This document shows, piece after piece, positions 1 to 9,044 of a stretch of DNA of 64,000 nucleotides (position 1 is the stretch's first letter; every line of letters starts with the position of its first letter). The DNA comes from Anaerotignum sp. (GTDB taxonomy: Bacteria > Bacillota > Clostridia > Lachnospirales > Anaerotignaceae), in contig JAFRZQ010000175.1 of NCBI GenBank assembly GCA_017442465.1, positions 4,330-68,329 on the forward strand. Direction: 5' to 3'. The notes below the pieces were generated by a model. That model saw nothing but the letters and a program-made list of their open reading frames with translations, was not told where the DNA came from and searched no databases. A program made the translations under genes and the position numbers.

Positions 1-156
1 GCCAGTGAATTGATCCCTTGGATTCGAACTTTTATTTGCCGTATTACAGATATTCAGTTTTCGGATCCGAGAATTGAAGATGAATTTAAAAATGATATAA
101 AGGAAATGTATGCGCTTTATGGCCTGGAAGGAAGTGAGAACGATGATCTTCAGTGA
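1..156 (+). CDS. WYL-domain protein, C-terminal fragment (5' end outside window)
   Basis: Frame 1 is open from base 1 to TGA at 154-156 (ASELIPWIRTFICRITDIQFSDP...), resembling the WCX tail of WYL proteins; overlaps the start of the next WYL gene. Confidence 0.7.
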   Translation, partial: ASELIPWIRTFICRITDIQFSDPRIEDEFKNDIKEMYALYGLEGSENDDLQ

Positions 157-1054
157 ATTATACGGGGTATACTACAAAACCGTCGCCTCCATCCTGAAGG
201 CAGCAGTCGATCATCCTCTTCAGGAAAATGAAATCAACCAAATCGTTGAAAAAAATGCTTTTGGCGAAAGTATGCTGACTATTCCCGCTGCACTGAAAGA
301 AGGGAAGTGGCAGTTATTACGAGACGATGGTACAACGCCATTGAACCATGCGCCTGCGATACCGCTTACGCTGCTGCAGAAGCGTTGGTTGAAAGCGATC
401 ATGCACGACCCGAGGATACAACTATTTACTGATGAGCCGCTGGATTTCCCTGATGTAGAACCTTTGTTTTTGCAGGAGGATATTTATATTTTTGATAAAT
501 ATGTCGATGGCGATGATTATAAGGATCCGTCTTATATAAGGAATTTTCGACTGATTATGGACGCCATTCAAAACCAGTATCCATTGACAGTTGCGATCAG
601 AAATAAAAATGGTGTGCCTATAAAAAGAGTCGTTATGCCGGAGTATCTGGAATATTCTGAAAAGGATGATAAATTTCGTTTGATCGGTGCTGGGAACAGG
701 TTCGGGAATACCATAAACCTGGGTAGGATCGTAAGCTGTGAAAGATGTTTGGATCCGGACGCCCTAGTACAAAAGAAGAATAATCCGATCCGTCCTAGAA
801 GTGTGACATTTGAACTTTATGATAAAAGGAATGCCATGGAACGAGCTCTCCTGCATTTTGCGCATTTTGAGAAGCAAGCAGAAAAGATCGATGATGAACA
901 CTATAAAGTAACAGTATATTACGATAAAGACGATGAAACAGAGATCGTGATCAGGGTTCTTTCTTTTGGACCGATGCTTAAAGTGATTGCACCGAAGCAT
1001 TTTGTGGGCTTAATAAAACAGAGGCTATTAGACCAGAAAAGTTGTGAACTTTAG
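143..1054 (+). CDS. WYL-domain transcriptional regulator (PafC-like)
   Basis: MIFSELY start at 143; WYL core PEYLEYSEKDDKFRLIG...INLGRI; WCX tail EIVIRVLSFGPMLKVIAP. Confidence 0.85.
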   Translation: MIFSELYGVYYKTVASILKAAVDHPLQENEINQIVEKNAFGESMLTIPAALKEGKWQLLRDDGTTPLNHAPAIPLTLLQKRWLKAIMHDPRIQLFTDEPLDFPDVEPLFLQEDIYIFDKYVDGDDYKDPSYIRNFRLIMDAIQNQYPLTVAIRNKNGVPIKRVVMPEYLEYSEKDDKFRLIGAGNRFGNTINLGRIVSCERCLDPDALVQKKNNPIRPRSVTFELYDKRNAMERALLHFAHFEKQAEKIDDEHYKVTVYYDKDDETEIVIRVLSFGPMLKVIAPKHFVGLIKQRLLDQKSCEL

Positions 1055-1073
1055 TAAGTTCGCAACTTTTTTT
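1037..1073 (+). terminator. Inverted repeat between WYL gene and rtcB (terminator and/or operator)
   Basis: AAAAGTTGTGAACTT-tagt-AAGTTCGCAACTTTT, one mismatch, running into a T tract. Confidence 0.6.
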
Positions 1074-1158
1074 CCGTGATAGATGTATATTTTGGAAGTA
1101 AAATAGAATTGTAAATAACAGATTACTTATCAGATGCATAGGGAGGAGTTGGGATATT

Positions 1159-2400
1159 ATGTTAGAAATCAAAGGGAAAGTGAATACTGCTATTTGCTAT
1201 GCAAAAGTAATCGAAGAAGGCGCCATTGAGCAGATCCGTAGGATGTGCGATTATGAACTTACTGCAGGCAGCAGAGTAAGGATCATGCCTGACGTACATG
1301 CCGGAAAGGGCTGTACGATAGGTACAACAATGACAGTCACTGACAAGGTTTGCCCTAATATTGTCGGCGTTGACATAGGGTGCGGCATGTTTACAGTAAA
1401 ACTGGCAGATAAAGAATTAGACTTTGAGAAAATCGATGCTGCATGTCATTATATTCCTTCGGGTATGAATGTTTGGGAAGGAAGACTCGGACGCTTTGAT
1501 CTGACAGATCTCCGTTGTTATCGTTCCCTGAGGGATACAAGACGACTGGAACGCTCTTTGGGTACCCTGGGTGGCGGCAACCATTTCGTGGAGGTCGATC
1601 GATCTGCAGATGGTACAAATTATCTGGTTATCCATTCGGGTAGCCGTAACCTTGGGAAACAGGTAGCTGAGGTGTATCAGCAGTTGGCTGTAGATCTGCA
1701 TATGGGAAAAGAAAGCTATTTTAAACAGCGGGATGAAATCATTCGAACATACAAAGAAGAAGGCAGAAGATCTGAAATCCAGCAGACGCTGAAAGAACTG
1801 AAAAATAACTATGAAACACAAGCGTTAGCTGTTCCTGCAGATATTTGCTGGCTGTATGGTACATTCCTTGATGATTATCTTCATGATGTAGAAATCTGTC
1901 AGAAGTTTGCTCGCAGAAACAGAGAAAAAATGGCTGAAATTATTCTGGAGAGAACGGGAATGACAGCACTGGAATCTTTCCATACAATCCATAACTACAT
2001 TGATACAAAAGAAATGATCCTTCGGAAAGGGGCAATTGCAGCTCATGCTGGTGAAAAGGTTCTGATCCCTATCAATATGCGTGATGGCTCGGTTATTGCG
2101 ATCGGAAAAGGCAGCGAGGAATGGAATTATTCTGCACCACATGGAGCAGGAAGGATTATGTCCAGGGGAAAAGCGAAAGAAGCAATCGATATAGAGGCAT
2201 ATAAGGAATCTATGAAGGAGATCTACACGACTTCCGTAAGCGAAAGCACTTTGGATGAAGCACCCATGGCGTATAAATCCCTGGAGGATATCATCGATGT
2301 AATTAGCGATTCTGTCGATATTATTGAAGTTATGAGACCTGTTTATAATTTCAAGGCATCGGAAGATGATGTTCCATGGAAAAAGAATAGCAAAGACTGA
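1159..2400 (+). CDS. rtcB: RNA-splicing/repair ligase RtcB
   Basis: Motifs MPDVHAG, GVDIGCG, GGGNHF, IHSGSR, HNY, HGAGR, DEAPMAYK; GGGAGG RBS. Confidence 0.95.
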   Translation: MLEIKGKVNTAICYAKVIEEGAIEQIRRMCDYELTAGSRVRIMPDVHAGKGCTIGTTMTVTDKVCPNIVGVDIGCGMFTVKLADKELDFEKIDAACHYIPSGMNVWEGRLGRFDLTDLRCYRSLRDTRRLERSLGTLGGGNHFVEVDRSADGTNYLVIHSGSRNLGKQVAEVYQQLAVDLHMGKESYFKQRDEIIRTYKEEGRRSEIQQTLKELKNNYETQALAVPADICWLYGTFLDDYLHDVEICQKFARRNREKMAEIILERTGMTALESFHTIHNYIDTKEMILRKGAIAAHAGEKVLIPINMRDGSVIAIGKGSEEWNYSAPHGAGRIMSRGKAKEAIDIEAYKESMKEIYTTSVSESTLDEAPMAYKSLEDIIDVISDSVDIIEVMRPVYNFKASEDDVPWKKNSKD

Positions 2401-2439
2401 AAAAGTGTACTAAGAAGAATGTTCTTAGTACACTTTTTT
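2401..2439. terminator. Bidirectional intrinsic terminator
   Basis: AAAAGTGTACTAAGAA-gaatg-TTCTTAGTACACTTTT between convergent genes. Confidence 0.85.
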
Positions 2440-2440
2440 C

Positions 2441-2968
2441 TTATTTTGCAGAAGAATTTATATCGTTTTCTTGCTTGATTTTTTCAGGATCAAGTTTGCC
2501 GTCTGTTATGATCTTTTCGGACCAAAGCTGAAGTGCTTCAACAGCGATGGAGATACGTTCTAATTCTGCTCTGATTTTATTGAAATCTTCGATTTCGTCT
2601 TGTGTTATTACACCGTCAGCTGTAATTTCGATCAGACGGTTTTTACGCTGTTCGACGGAATTAAGGGACGCGAGCATTTCTAAAACAATGCCGGAGAGAG
2701 ATTTGATCTTGATTTCTGGAACATAGTGCTGCCCGATAGGACACTGATTGGCACAGTAGTAATTGCATAGATCGGGTGCGTTGTATTTTTGGGACATGAA
2801 AAGAACGTCTTCAGGATGAAGTGTGATTCTATCATTTTCAATTTTCTCTAGCTTATTAGGAGAAATAACACCTTCCAACATATCACTGGCTTCTTCTCTA
2901 GTTAATCTAAGCTCTTCTCTGCGTAATTGATATGGACTCTTATGTTCTTTCACTGATGCTTTTGACAT
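2441..2968 (-). CDS. XRE-family HTH regulator with Cys-rich linker and helical C-terminus
   Basis: YQLRREELRLTREEAS...LEKIEN HTH; LCNYYCANQCPIG; ATG at 2968 after GGGGTG. Confidence 0.8.
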   Translation of the reverse strand: MSKASVKEHKSPYQLRREELRLTREEASDMLEGVISPNKLEKIENDRITLHPEDVLFMSQKYNAPDLCNYYCANQCPIGQHYVPEIKIKSLSGIVLEMLASLNSVEQRKNRLIEITADGVITQDEIEDFNKIRAELERISIAVEALQLWSEKIITDGKLDPEKIKQENDINSSAK

Positions 2969-3107
2969 CGAGGACACCCCTTTAAACTCTTATTTTGGAG
3001 AAATAGAAGCGTTATTCCTCCAACTCCGACGTTTAGAAACTATTGGAAAAAGTATATCATAAAAGCATAAAAGAAAGAAGATAAAACAAGAAAAAGGAAT
3101 GATTTAT

Positions 3108-3218
3108 ATGACTGAAGTTCAAAAAAGGATCCGGCTGGCAAAGCTGGCAGAGAGGATTAAAAACAATCAAAAATATGCTAACGAAATAGGCGTTTCTGTT
3201 AATCAGAATTTGAAATAA
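3108..3218 (+). CDS. Small basic protein, 36 aa (not in ORF track)
   Basis: AAAGGAA RBS; MTEVQKRIRLAKLAERIKNNQKYANEIGVSVNQNLK. Confidence 0.5.
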   Translation: MTEVQKRIRLAKLAERIKNNQKYANEIGVSVNQNLK

Positions 3219-3239
3219 AGATTAGAAGGGGAGATTTAT

Positions 3240-3335
3240 ATGACAACAATGAAAAAAGGTTTTTATGTAGCAGCGGCAATCGTAGTTCTTATCGCACTGT
3301 TTTATCTGGCTGTATTAATCACAGCATGGATCTGA
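3240..3335 (+). CDS. Small single-TM protein, 31 aa (not in ORF track)
   Basis: AAGGGGAG RBS; MTTMKKGFYVAAAIVVLIALFYLAVLITAWI. Confidence 0.55.
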   Translation: MTTMKKGFYVAAAIVVLIALFYLAVLITAWI

Positions 3336-3366
3336 TAGTACTGGATATATGAGGGGAGAGGTAAAT

Positions 3367-4035
3367 ATGAAGACTATTAAAGTGGACCTTAAAAAGAAAG
3401 TGAAAAAGAATATCTGTATGGCAATGGCGGCTATCGTATTATCCACTGCAATGCTTGGTGCAGGTTATTATTTGGGCCTGAATGCAAGAGGCGAAACAAC
3501 GATCGTTGCAGCGGGTAATGATATTCGACTTCCCTTTGAGGTAGTGAAAAGAACAATTACCAAATACGACATTGAATCTAAACTGGCTGAGATCAGAGAA
3601 CTCTCTACATTCTCCAGTGAATACACGGTATCCAGAGATGAAGAAGAAGCTAGATGCATTACAAAATATTTTGCGATCCCTGGTGCAAAAAACTATATCT
3701 CTATGGACTGCAAGGGTATCGTAAAAGTCGGTTATGACTTTGATGATATTACAGTCACTGTAGACGATGAAAGAGAAGAAATCATTATTACTCTGCCTGA
3801 TCCTAAAGTGAATGATAACTATGTAATTTGGGATAGCATCGATTACGCAGAAAAGAACAGCATCTTGAATCCAATCGACTTTGAACAGTATAAGATTATG
3901 CTGGGTGAAATCAAAGAGGATGGCTTAAAGCAGGCTGAAGAAAAGGGCGTTTATAAATCTGCAGAAAAAAATATGAAAGCGCTGATCAATGACTCTCTGG
4001 ACGAAATTACAGATTATGACGTTGTATACGCATAA
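3367..4035 (+). CDS. DUF4230-like membrane-anchored protein
   Basis: N-terminal TM; ELST..., GIVKVGYDF, ITLPDPKV, SAEKNMKALI pattern. Confidence 0.75.
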   Translation: MKTIKVDLKKKVKKNICMAMAAIVLSTAMLGAGYYLGLNARGETTIVAAGNDIRLPFEVVKRTITKYDIESKLAEIRELSTFSSEYTVSRDEEEARCITKYFAIPGAKNYISMDCKGIVKVGYDFDDITVTVDDEREEIIITLPDPKVNDNYVIWDSIDYAEKNSILNPIDFEQYKIMLGEIKEDGLKQAEEKGVYKSAEKNMKALINDSLDEITDYDVVYA

Positions 4036-4098
4036 GGGCGCTATATCATCATTGAACAACTGACCTGGAAAAAGGTGAATACATAAGGGGGATTTAAT

Positions 4099-4383
4099 AT
4101 GTTTACTATTATCATGTGCTTATTGGGTATCATTATCGCCGGTGTACTTCTGAGGTTCATGTTTTGGCCTTTGCTGAAGTTCGCAGCGCAATTCATTAAA
4201 TGGGTCGTATTTACATTATGGGCAATTCCGATCCTGATTTTCTTGCCAATGCTTATTCCATTTTATCTTATCATCATTGCATGTGCAGCATTCTGTGAAG
4301 TGGCTGATCTGGAATTAGATGCAGGTTGTTCTCCTTCATGTGCTATTATGGAAAAACTGGATGAAATCAATGCGAAACTGTAA
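4099..4383 (+). CDS. Hypothetical membrane protein
   Basis: AAGGGGG RBS; hydrophobic 94 aa; followed by terminator. Confidence 0.65.
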   Translation: MFTIIMCLLGIIIAGVLLRFMFWPLLKFAAQFIKWVVFTLWAIPILIFLPMLIPFYLIIIACAAFCEVADLELDAGCSPSCAIMEKLDEINAKL

Positions 4384-4387
4384 ATAT

Positions 4388-4424
4388 AAATGAGGCGTAT
4401 GAAAATAATACGCCTCATTTTTTT
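4388..4424 (+). terminator. Intrinsic terminator
   Basis: AAATGAGGCGTAT-loop-ATACGCCTCATTT plus T run. Confidence 0.8.
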
Positions 4425-4480
4425 ATGATGTAATTATATCGATCAAGAGAAGGTGTCTATGAGACAACCTTTTAATATTG

Positions 4481-5299
4481 TTATTCCTGAATTGGTGTAA
4501 CGTATAATTCGATCTTTTCAATGGTCTGTGTATCTGTCCAAAGATATTCTTCGCCGTTACTATCAGCTGCATAGGTTACTTTGAGCTCTGTATTAGGGGC
4601 GATATTTTGAGAGGTAACGACATAGTTTTTCAGCAGTTCAGATTCATTCGGATTAATAAAGCTGCCGTCGTTTGATACAATGATCAATTCGATAAGAGCA
4701 TTTCCGTATTTCACCATACGTTTGCCAGCGATAGAAGTATATCCGCAGTCAGCGAGGTTTCTCCCAACATAATCGGCAACATAGTATGTATATTTGTCAG
4801 GGGAAGGGGAGATAGATGTAAGTGAATCTACATTATTTTCCTTTTGACCAACCTTAGCAACGCTTAAAACGATTTCTTCGATGTTCTTTGTGGCAACCAG
4901 GCTATCGAATTCGTTTCCTTCGCTGTCTACTTCAAAAGTATATCTGATTTCAGTATTAGGAGCCAAGCTCTGTCCAGTAACCACATATTGCTTTAAGGCT
5001 TCTTCGTCTTCAATATCTACATAGGAACCATCAGGAGATACATAGATCAATTCAATATAACCAGCTCCGTAAGAATCCATTCGATCACCACCGATTGAGG
5101 TATAACCAATGGATGCACAGTTTTTGCCTACATAATTGTTGACGTACCATGTGTATTTATCAGGGGATGGTTTAATGGTAACTGCGGTATTTTGTGTGTT
5201 AGAAGCATTGTTATCGGTATCCTTTTCGCCATTATTACCACATGCAGTAACCGATACGAAGATTGAAGTGATTAATAGTAAAGCTAATAGTTTTTTCAT
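4481..5299 (-). CDS. Lipoprotein with two ~120-aa internal repeats
   Basis: Lipobox VTAC; duplicated PSPDKYTxYVxxYVGxN...GYTSI. Confidence 0.8.
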   Translation of the reverse strand: MKKLLALLLITSIFVSVTACGNNGEKDTDNNASNTQNTAVTIKPSPDKYTWYVNNYVGKNCASIGYTSIGGDRMDSYGAGYIELIYVSPDGSYVDIEDEEALKQYVVTGQSLAPNTEIRYTFEVDSEGNEFDSLVATKNIEEIVLSVAKVGQKENNVDSLTSISPSPDKYTYYVADYVGRNLADCGYTSIAGKRMVKYGNALIELIIVSNDGSFINPNESELLKNYVVTSQNIAPNTELKVTYAADSNGEEYLWTDTQTIEKIELYVTPIQE

Positions 5300-5354
5300 T
5301 CTTTTATTCCTCCTTATTGATTATGTGGGGGTATGGTTTTACTGCCAATTTACA

Positions 5355-5684
5355 TTAGAGTTTTGCAATATATTCTTTAGTGATTCGGATTATTTCGCGT
5401 TTTTGCTTACATTCCTCCTTTAATTTGATTAGTTGTTCTTCCAACGAAGATCTGATAACAGAGGGCGGCGAATCAATGATTTCGCAGATTTCCTTGATAG
5501 AAAATCCCATGTCCTGAAATAGTTTGATTTTCTTGATTCGCTCTTGTGATAGATCATCATATAGCAAGTATCCATGTTTCGTTTTCCCTGTTGCAGAAAC
5601 TAATCCGGCTTTTTCATAACCTTGTATTGCGCGGCGAGAGATACCATATGCATTACATACTTCCTTTAATGTTCGTTCACTCAT
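5355..5684 (-). CDS. MerR-family transcriptional regulator
   Basis: TLKEVCNAYGISRRAIQGYEKAGLV...LFQDMGFSIKEI. Confidence 0.85.
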   Translation of the reverse strand: MSERTLKEVCNAYGISRRAIQGYEKAGLVSATGKTKHGYLLYDDLSQERIKKIKLFQDMGFSIKEICEIIDSPPSVIRSSLEEQLIKLKEECKQKREIIRITKEYIAKL

Positions 5685-6228
5685 CGATCCATACCTTCCT
5701 TTTCTAAGCCTAAAATTGCACATCACGTGCAGTCAACATTTATCAAAATTTAAGCCGCAAAAATCATACCCCATAATAGGCCTTGTAATTTTCGCGGAAG
5801 GAAGAATGCAGTAGTTCCTTTTGTTTTGTATAGAGTGCGATGAAGAAAAAGTTAATAATGTAATTTATCTGGAATGATATCAGCCGATGTTCATACATTT
5901 TTGGAAGATAGGATTTTGGATGTTGTGCTACTGCAGTATAAAAATATTTTAAAAAGTGTTGAAAGTCCTGCTTATACATGAAATGGAAAAGTAAAGGTGG
6001 TATATATCTTTATAACAAAAATTTACATACCTACGGTGGAAAGAGAAAAACTGCTGAAGTCAGAGTATTATAATAAAAACATATAAACTTTAAGTAATTG
6101 ACGGAGTTTGTGGAAAAACACAGTCCCTCTTTTTTATGAAAATAAGTGTTTGGAAAATGGCAAAGAAGTAAATCTAAGGGAATATATCTGTTGATTTTGA
6201 TTTAAATAAAAGAAGGTTCAACAAAGAA

Positions 6229-6248
6229 ATTTGTCCTGCAGGACAAAT
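6229..6248. promoter_or_regulatory. Perfect 20-bp palindrome, probable PucR/CdaR-family operator
   Basis: ATTTGTCCTGCAGGACAAAT (TTTGT-N8-ACAAA) upstream of a TGGTATACT -10 near 6299-6307. Confidence 0.6.
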
Positions 6249-6375
6249 GGAAGGCTTTATTTTTAGCTTTTTGGATACTGTTTCTTTCGTTTTTAGGTTG
6301 GTATACTTCAATACATTATAGTGAAAAACATGCTATTTTCCGATATTGCACTTTATTATAGGAGGAGTGATAGAA

Positions 6376-7470
6376 ATGAAAGAAATCAACTTACATGATA
6401 TCGATGATATTGCTTTAGGTGCATCTTTACTTGGTGCAGGCGGTGGCGGTGATCCATATATCGGTAAACTGATGACAATACATAGTATCAGAGAACATGG
6501 CCCCGTTAAAGTGCTGGATCCGGAAGAAATCCCAGATGATGCTTTGGTTGCGCCTATTGCGATGATGGGGGCACCTACAGTAATGACAGAAAAAGGTATT
6601 GGTGTTACGGAATATAAAGCATTATATGAGCTGGTTTCCGCTTACTGTGGTAAGGAAATTTATGCGTTTATGCCTCTGGAAGTTGGCGGGATCAACAGCT
6701 TGATTCCTATTGCGGCGGCGGCTCAGCTGGAGATTCCTGTTGTAGATGCCGATGGTATGGGCAGGGCTTTTCCTGAACTGCAGATGATGACATTTGCAAT
6801 CGGCGGTTCTGCAGCAACGCCAATGGCATTGACAGATGAAAAAGGCAATAGTGCCATTATTAATACAATCACTAACAAATGGGCAGAAGATATCGCCCGC
6901 GCAATTACAATGACCTGCGGTGCAGCGGTATCTGTAAGCCTGTATTGGGTGACTGGTAAACAGATTAAGGAATATGCAGTAAAAAATACATTGTCTCAAA
7001 GTGCAGAACTTGGAAAAACCATTAGAACGATCAAAAATCGTGAGGAAGGCACACCTGAGGAAAACTTCTTCCGTGAAACAGGGGGATATAAGCTGTTTAA
7101 AGGGAAGATCATGGATGTTTCCAGAGAAACAAGAGGTGCTTTCAATTTCGGGAAAATCACATTTGAAGGAATTGGTGAATATAAAAACCGTGTAGCAGAA
7201 GTGGAATTTCAGAATGAAAATCTTCTTGCAAAGGTTGATGGAGAAATCGTTGCAACAGTACCTGATCTGATTTGTCTGGTAGACAGTGAAACATTTACAC
7301 CAGTGACAACAGATGCTTTAAAATACGGAAAACGTGTTTATGTAATTGGCCTGAAATGTGTGGATCTGTGGCGTACAGAAAAAGGATTGGAACTGGTAGG
7401 GCCTCAGTATTTTGGCTGTGATACAGAGTATATTCCGGTAGAGATTCGTAGCAAAGGAGGCAACATCTGA
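6376..7470 (+). CDS. DUF917 family protein
   Basis: LGAGGGGDPYIG, MMGAP, EVGGINS, DADGMGRAFPELQM, FQNENL, TVPDLI. Confidence 0.9.
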   Translation: MKEINLHDIDDIALGASLLGAGGGGDPYIGKLMTIHSIREHGPVKVLDPEEIPDDALVAPIAMMGAPTVMTEKGIGVTEYKALYELVSAYCGKEIYAFMPLEVGGINSLIPIAAAAQLEIPVVDADGMGRAFPELQMMTFAIGGSAATPMALTDEKGNSAIINTITNKWAEDIARAITMTCGAAVSVSLYWVTGKQIKEYAVKNTLSQSAELGKTIRTIKNREEGTPEENFFRETGGYKLFKGKIMDVSRETRGAFNFGKITFEGIGEYKNRVAEVEFQNENLLAKVDGEIVATVPDLICLVDSETFTPVTTDALKYGKRVYVIGLKCVDLWRTEKGLELVGPQYFGCDTEYIPVEIRSKGGNI

Positions 7471-9023
7471 TGTATAAATTAGGGATAGACGTTGGCGGTA
7501 CAAATACGGATGCCGTTTTATTAAATGAAAATATGCAGGTGGTTGCTGATGTAAAACAGCCTACAAGCGGTGATATTTATGATGGGATTCTGGATGCGAT
7601 TCAAAAAGTATTAGATATTTCTGGTGTAGAACCGAAAGAGATCAAGCAGGCAATGCTTGGTACAACACAATGCACAAATGCAATTGTAGAACGAAAAAAA
7701 TTAGTTCCTGTCGGGTTATTGCGCATTGGTGCACCGGCAACTCTGGGTATTCCTCCGATGACAGACTGGACTGATGATATCAAAGCTGTTGTAACAGAGC
7801 AAACAATTATTGGTGGTGGCTATGAATACGATGGCAAAGAGATCGCGCCTTTGGACGAAGAAGCTGCAAAAGCGTTTTTTGAAAGCGTCAAAGGAAAGGT
7901 CCAGTCTGTAGCAATCGTTGGCTGTCATTCTACGATTAGAAACGATCAGGAATACCGAGCAGCAGAAATTTGCAAAGAAGTGCTTGGAGAGGACGTACAT
8001 ATTACGATTTCCTGCGAAATTGGGTCTATGGGTCTGATTGAACGGGAAAATGCAGCGATCCTGAATGCATCTCTATATAAAGTAGCTTTAACCTTCACAG
8101 AGGGTTTTGCAAAATCACTCCAGGATATAGGTATCACAAATGCAGATATTTATCTGTCGCAGAATGATGGTACCTTGATGACGATGGAAAATGCCAGAAA
8201 ATATCCTGTTTTAACGATTGCCTGTGGGCCTACAAATTCGATCAGAGGCGCTGGGTATTTATCCGGACATAAAGATGCATTAGTGATCGATGTTGGCGGT
8301 ACAACAACAGATCTGGGTGTTATTCAGAATGGCTTCCCGAGAGAGTCCAGTATTGCCGCAACCATCGGTGGCGTTCGCACAAATTTCAGAATGCCGGATG
8401 TAGTTACCATTGGGCTTGGCGGCGGTTCCATTGTTCGAGTGGCAGAGGATGGGACTGTAACAGTTGGACCTGATAGTGTTGGTTATCAGATTACAGAAAA
8501 AGCACTGGTATTTGGCGGTGATGTACTTACAGCTACAGATATTGCAGTAAGATTGGGTATGTATCAGCTGGGTGATCCTAAACTGGTAGAACATATTTCT
8601 GAAGAGACAGCAAATAAGGCTTTGGCTGTCATGAAAGAAAAAACCGAGGAAGCAATCGATGCTATGAAGATTTCCAATGCAGATGTAGATGTCATTCTGG
8701 TTGGCGGCGGTTCCATCATTTTGCCGGATACATTAGCAGGCGCAAGTTCTGTGCAGAAACCGGAGCATTTTGGTACTGCAAATGCAATTGGTTCCGCTAT
8801 TTCCAAGGTCAGCGGTATCGTGGAAAAACTGATGGATTTTGATGTGATTCCCAGAGAAAAAGCACTTGAATTAGCAAAGGAAGAAGCGGTTGAGATGGCA
8901 GTAGCTGCCGGAGCCGTCAGAGAAACAGTAGAAATTATTGATGTAGAAGATGTACCACTGGCTTATAGTGCTGGTCATACTAGCCGCGTAAAGGTGAAAG
9001 CAGCGGGGGATCTTGCAGGCTGA
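7470..9023 (+). CDS. Hydantoinase/oxoprolinase family protein (HyuA-like)
   Basis: GIDVGGTNTD, ERENAAILNA, DVGGTTTD, GLGGGS, GPDSVG, ANAIG. Confidence 0.9.
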   Translation: MYKLGIDVGGTNTDAVLLNENMQVVADVKQPTSGDIYDGILDAIQKVLDISGVEPKEIKQAMLGTTQCTNAIVERKKLVPVGLLRIGAPATLGIPPMTDWTDDIKAVVTEQTIIGGGYEYDGKEIAPLDEEAAKAFFESVKGKVQSVAIVGCHSTIRNDQEYRAAEICKEVLGEDVHITISCEIGSMGLIERENAAILNASLYKVALTFTEGFAKSLQDIGITNADIYLSQNDGTLMTMENARKYPVLTIACGPTNSIRGAGYLSGHKDALVIDVGGTTTDLGVIQNGFPRESSIAATIGGVRTNFRMPDVVTIGLGGGSIVRVAEDGTVTVGPDSVGYQITEKALVFGGDVLTATDIAVRLGMYQLGDPKLVEHISEETANKALAVMKEKTEEAIDAMKISNADVDVILVGGGSIILPDTLAGASSVQKPEHFGTANAIGSAISKVSGIVEKLMDFDVIPREKALELAKEEAVEMAVAAGAVRETVEIIDVEDVPLAYSAGHTSRVKVKAAGDLAG

Positions 9024-9044
9024 TAATTTTTAGGAGGACAAAAG

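Noticed and set aside
5764-5979. 71-aa ORF between merR and the DUF917 gene
   Set aside because: No RBS or motif; AT-rich intergenic or decayed sequence.
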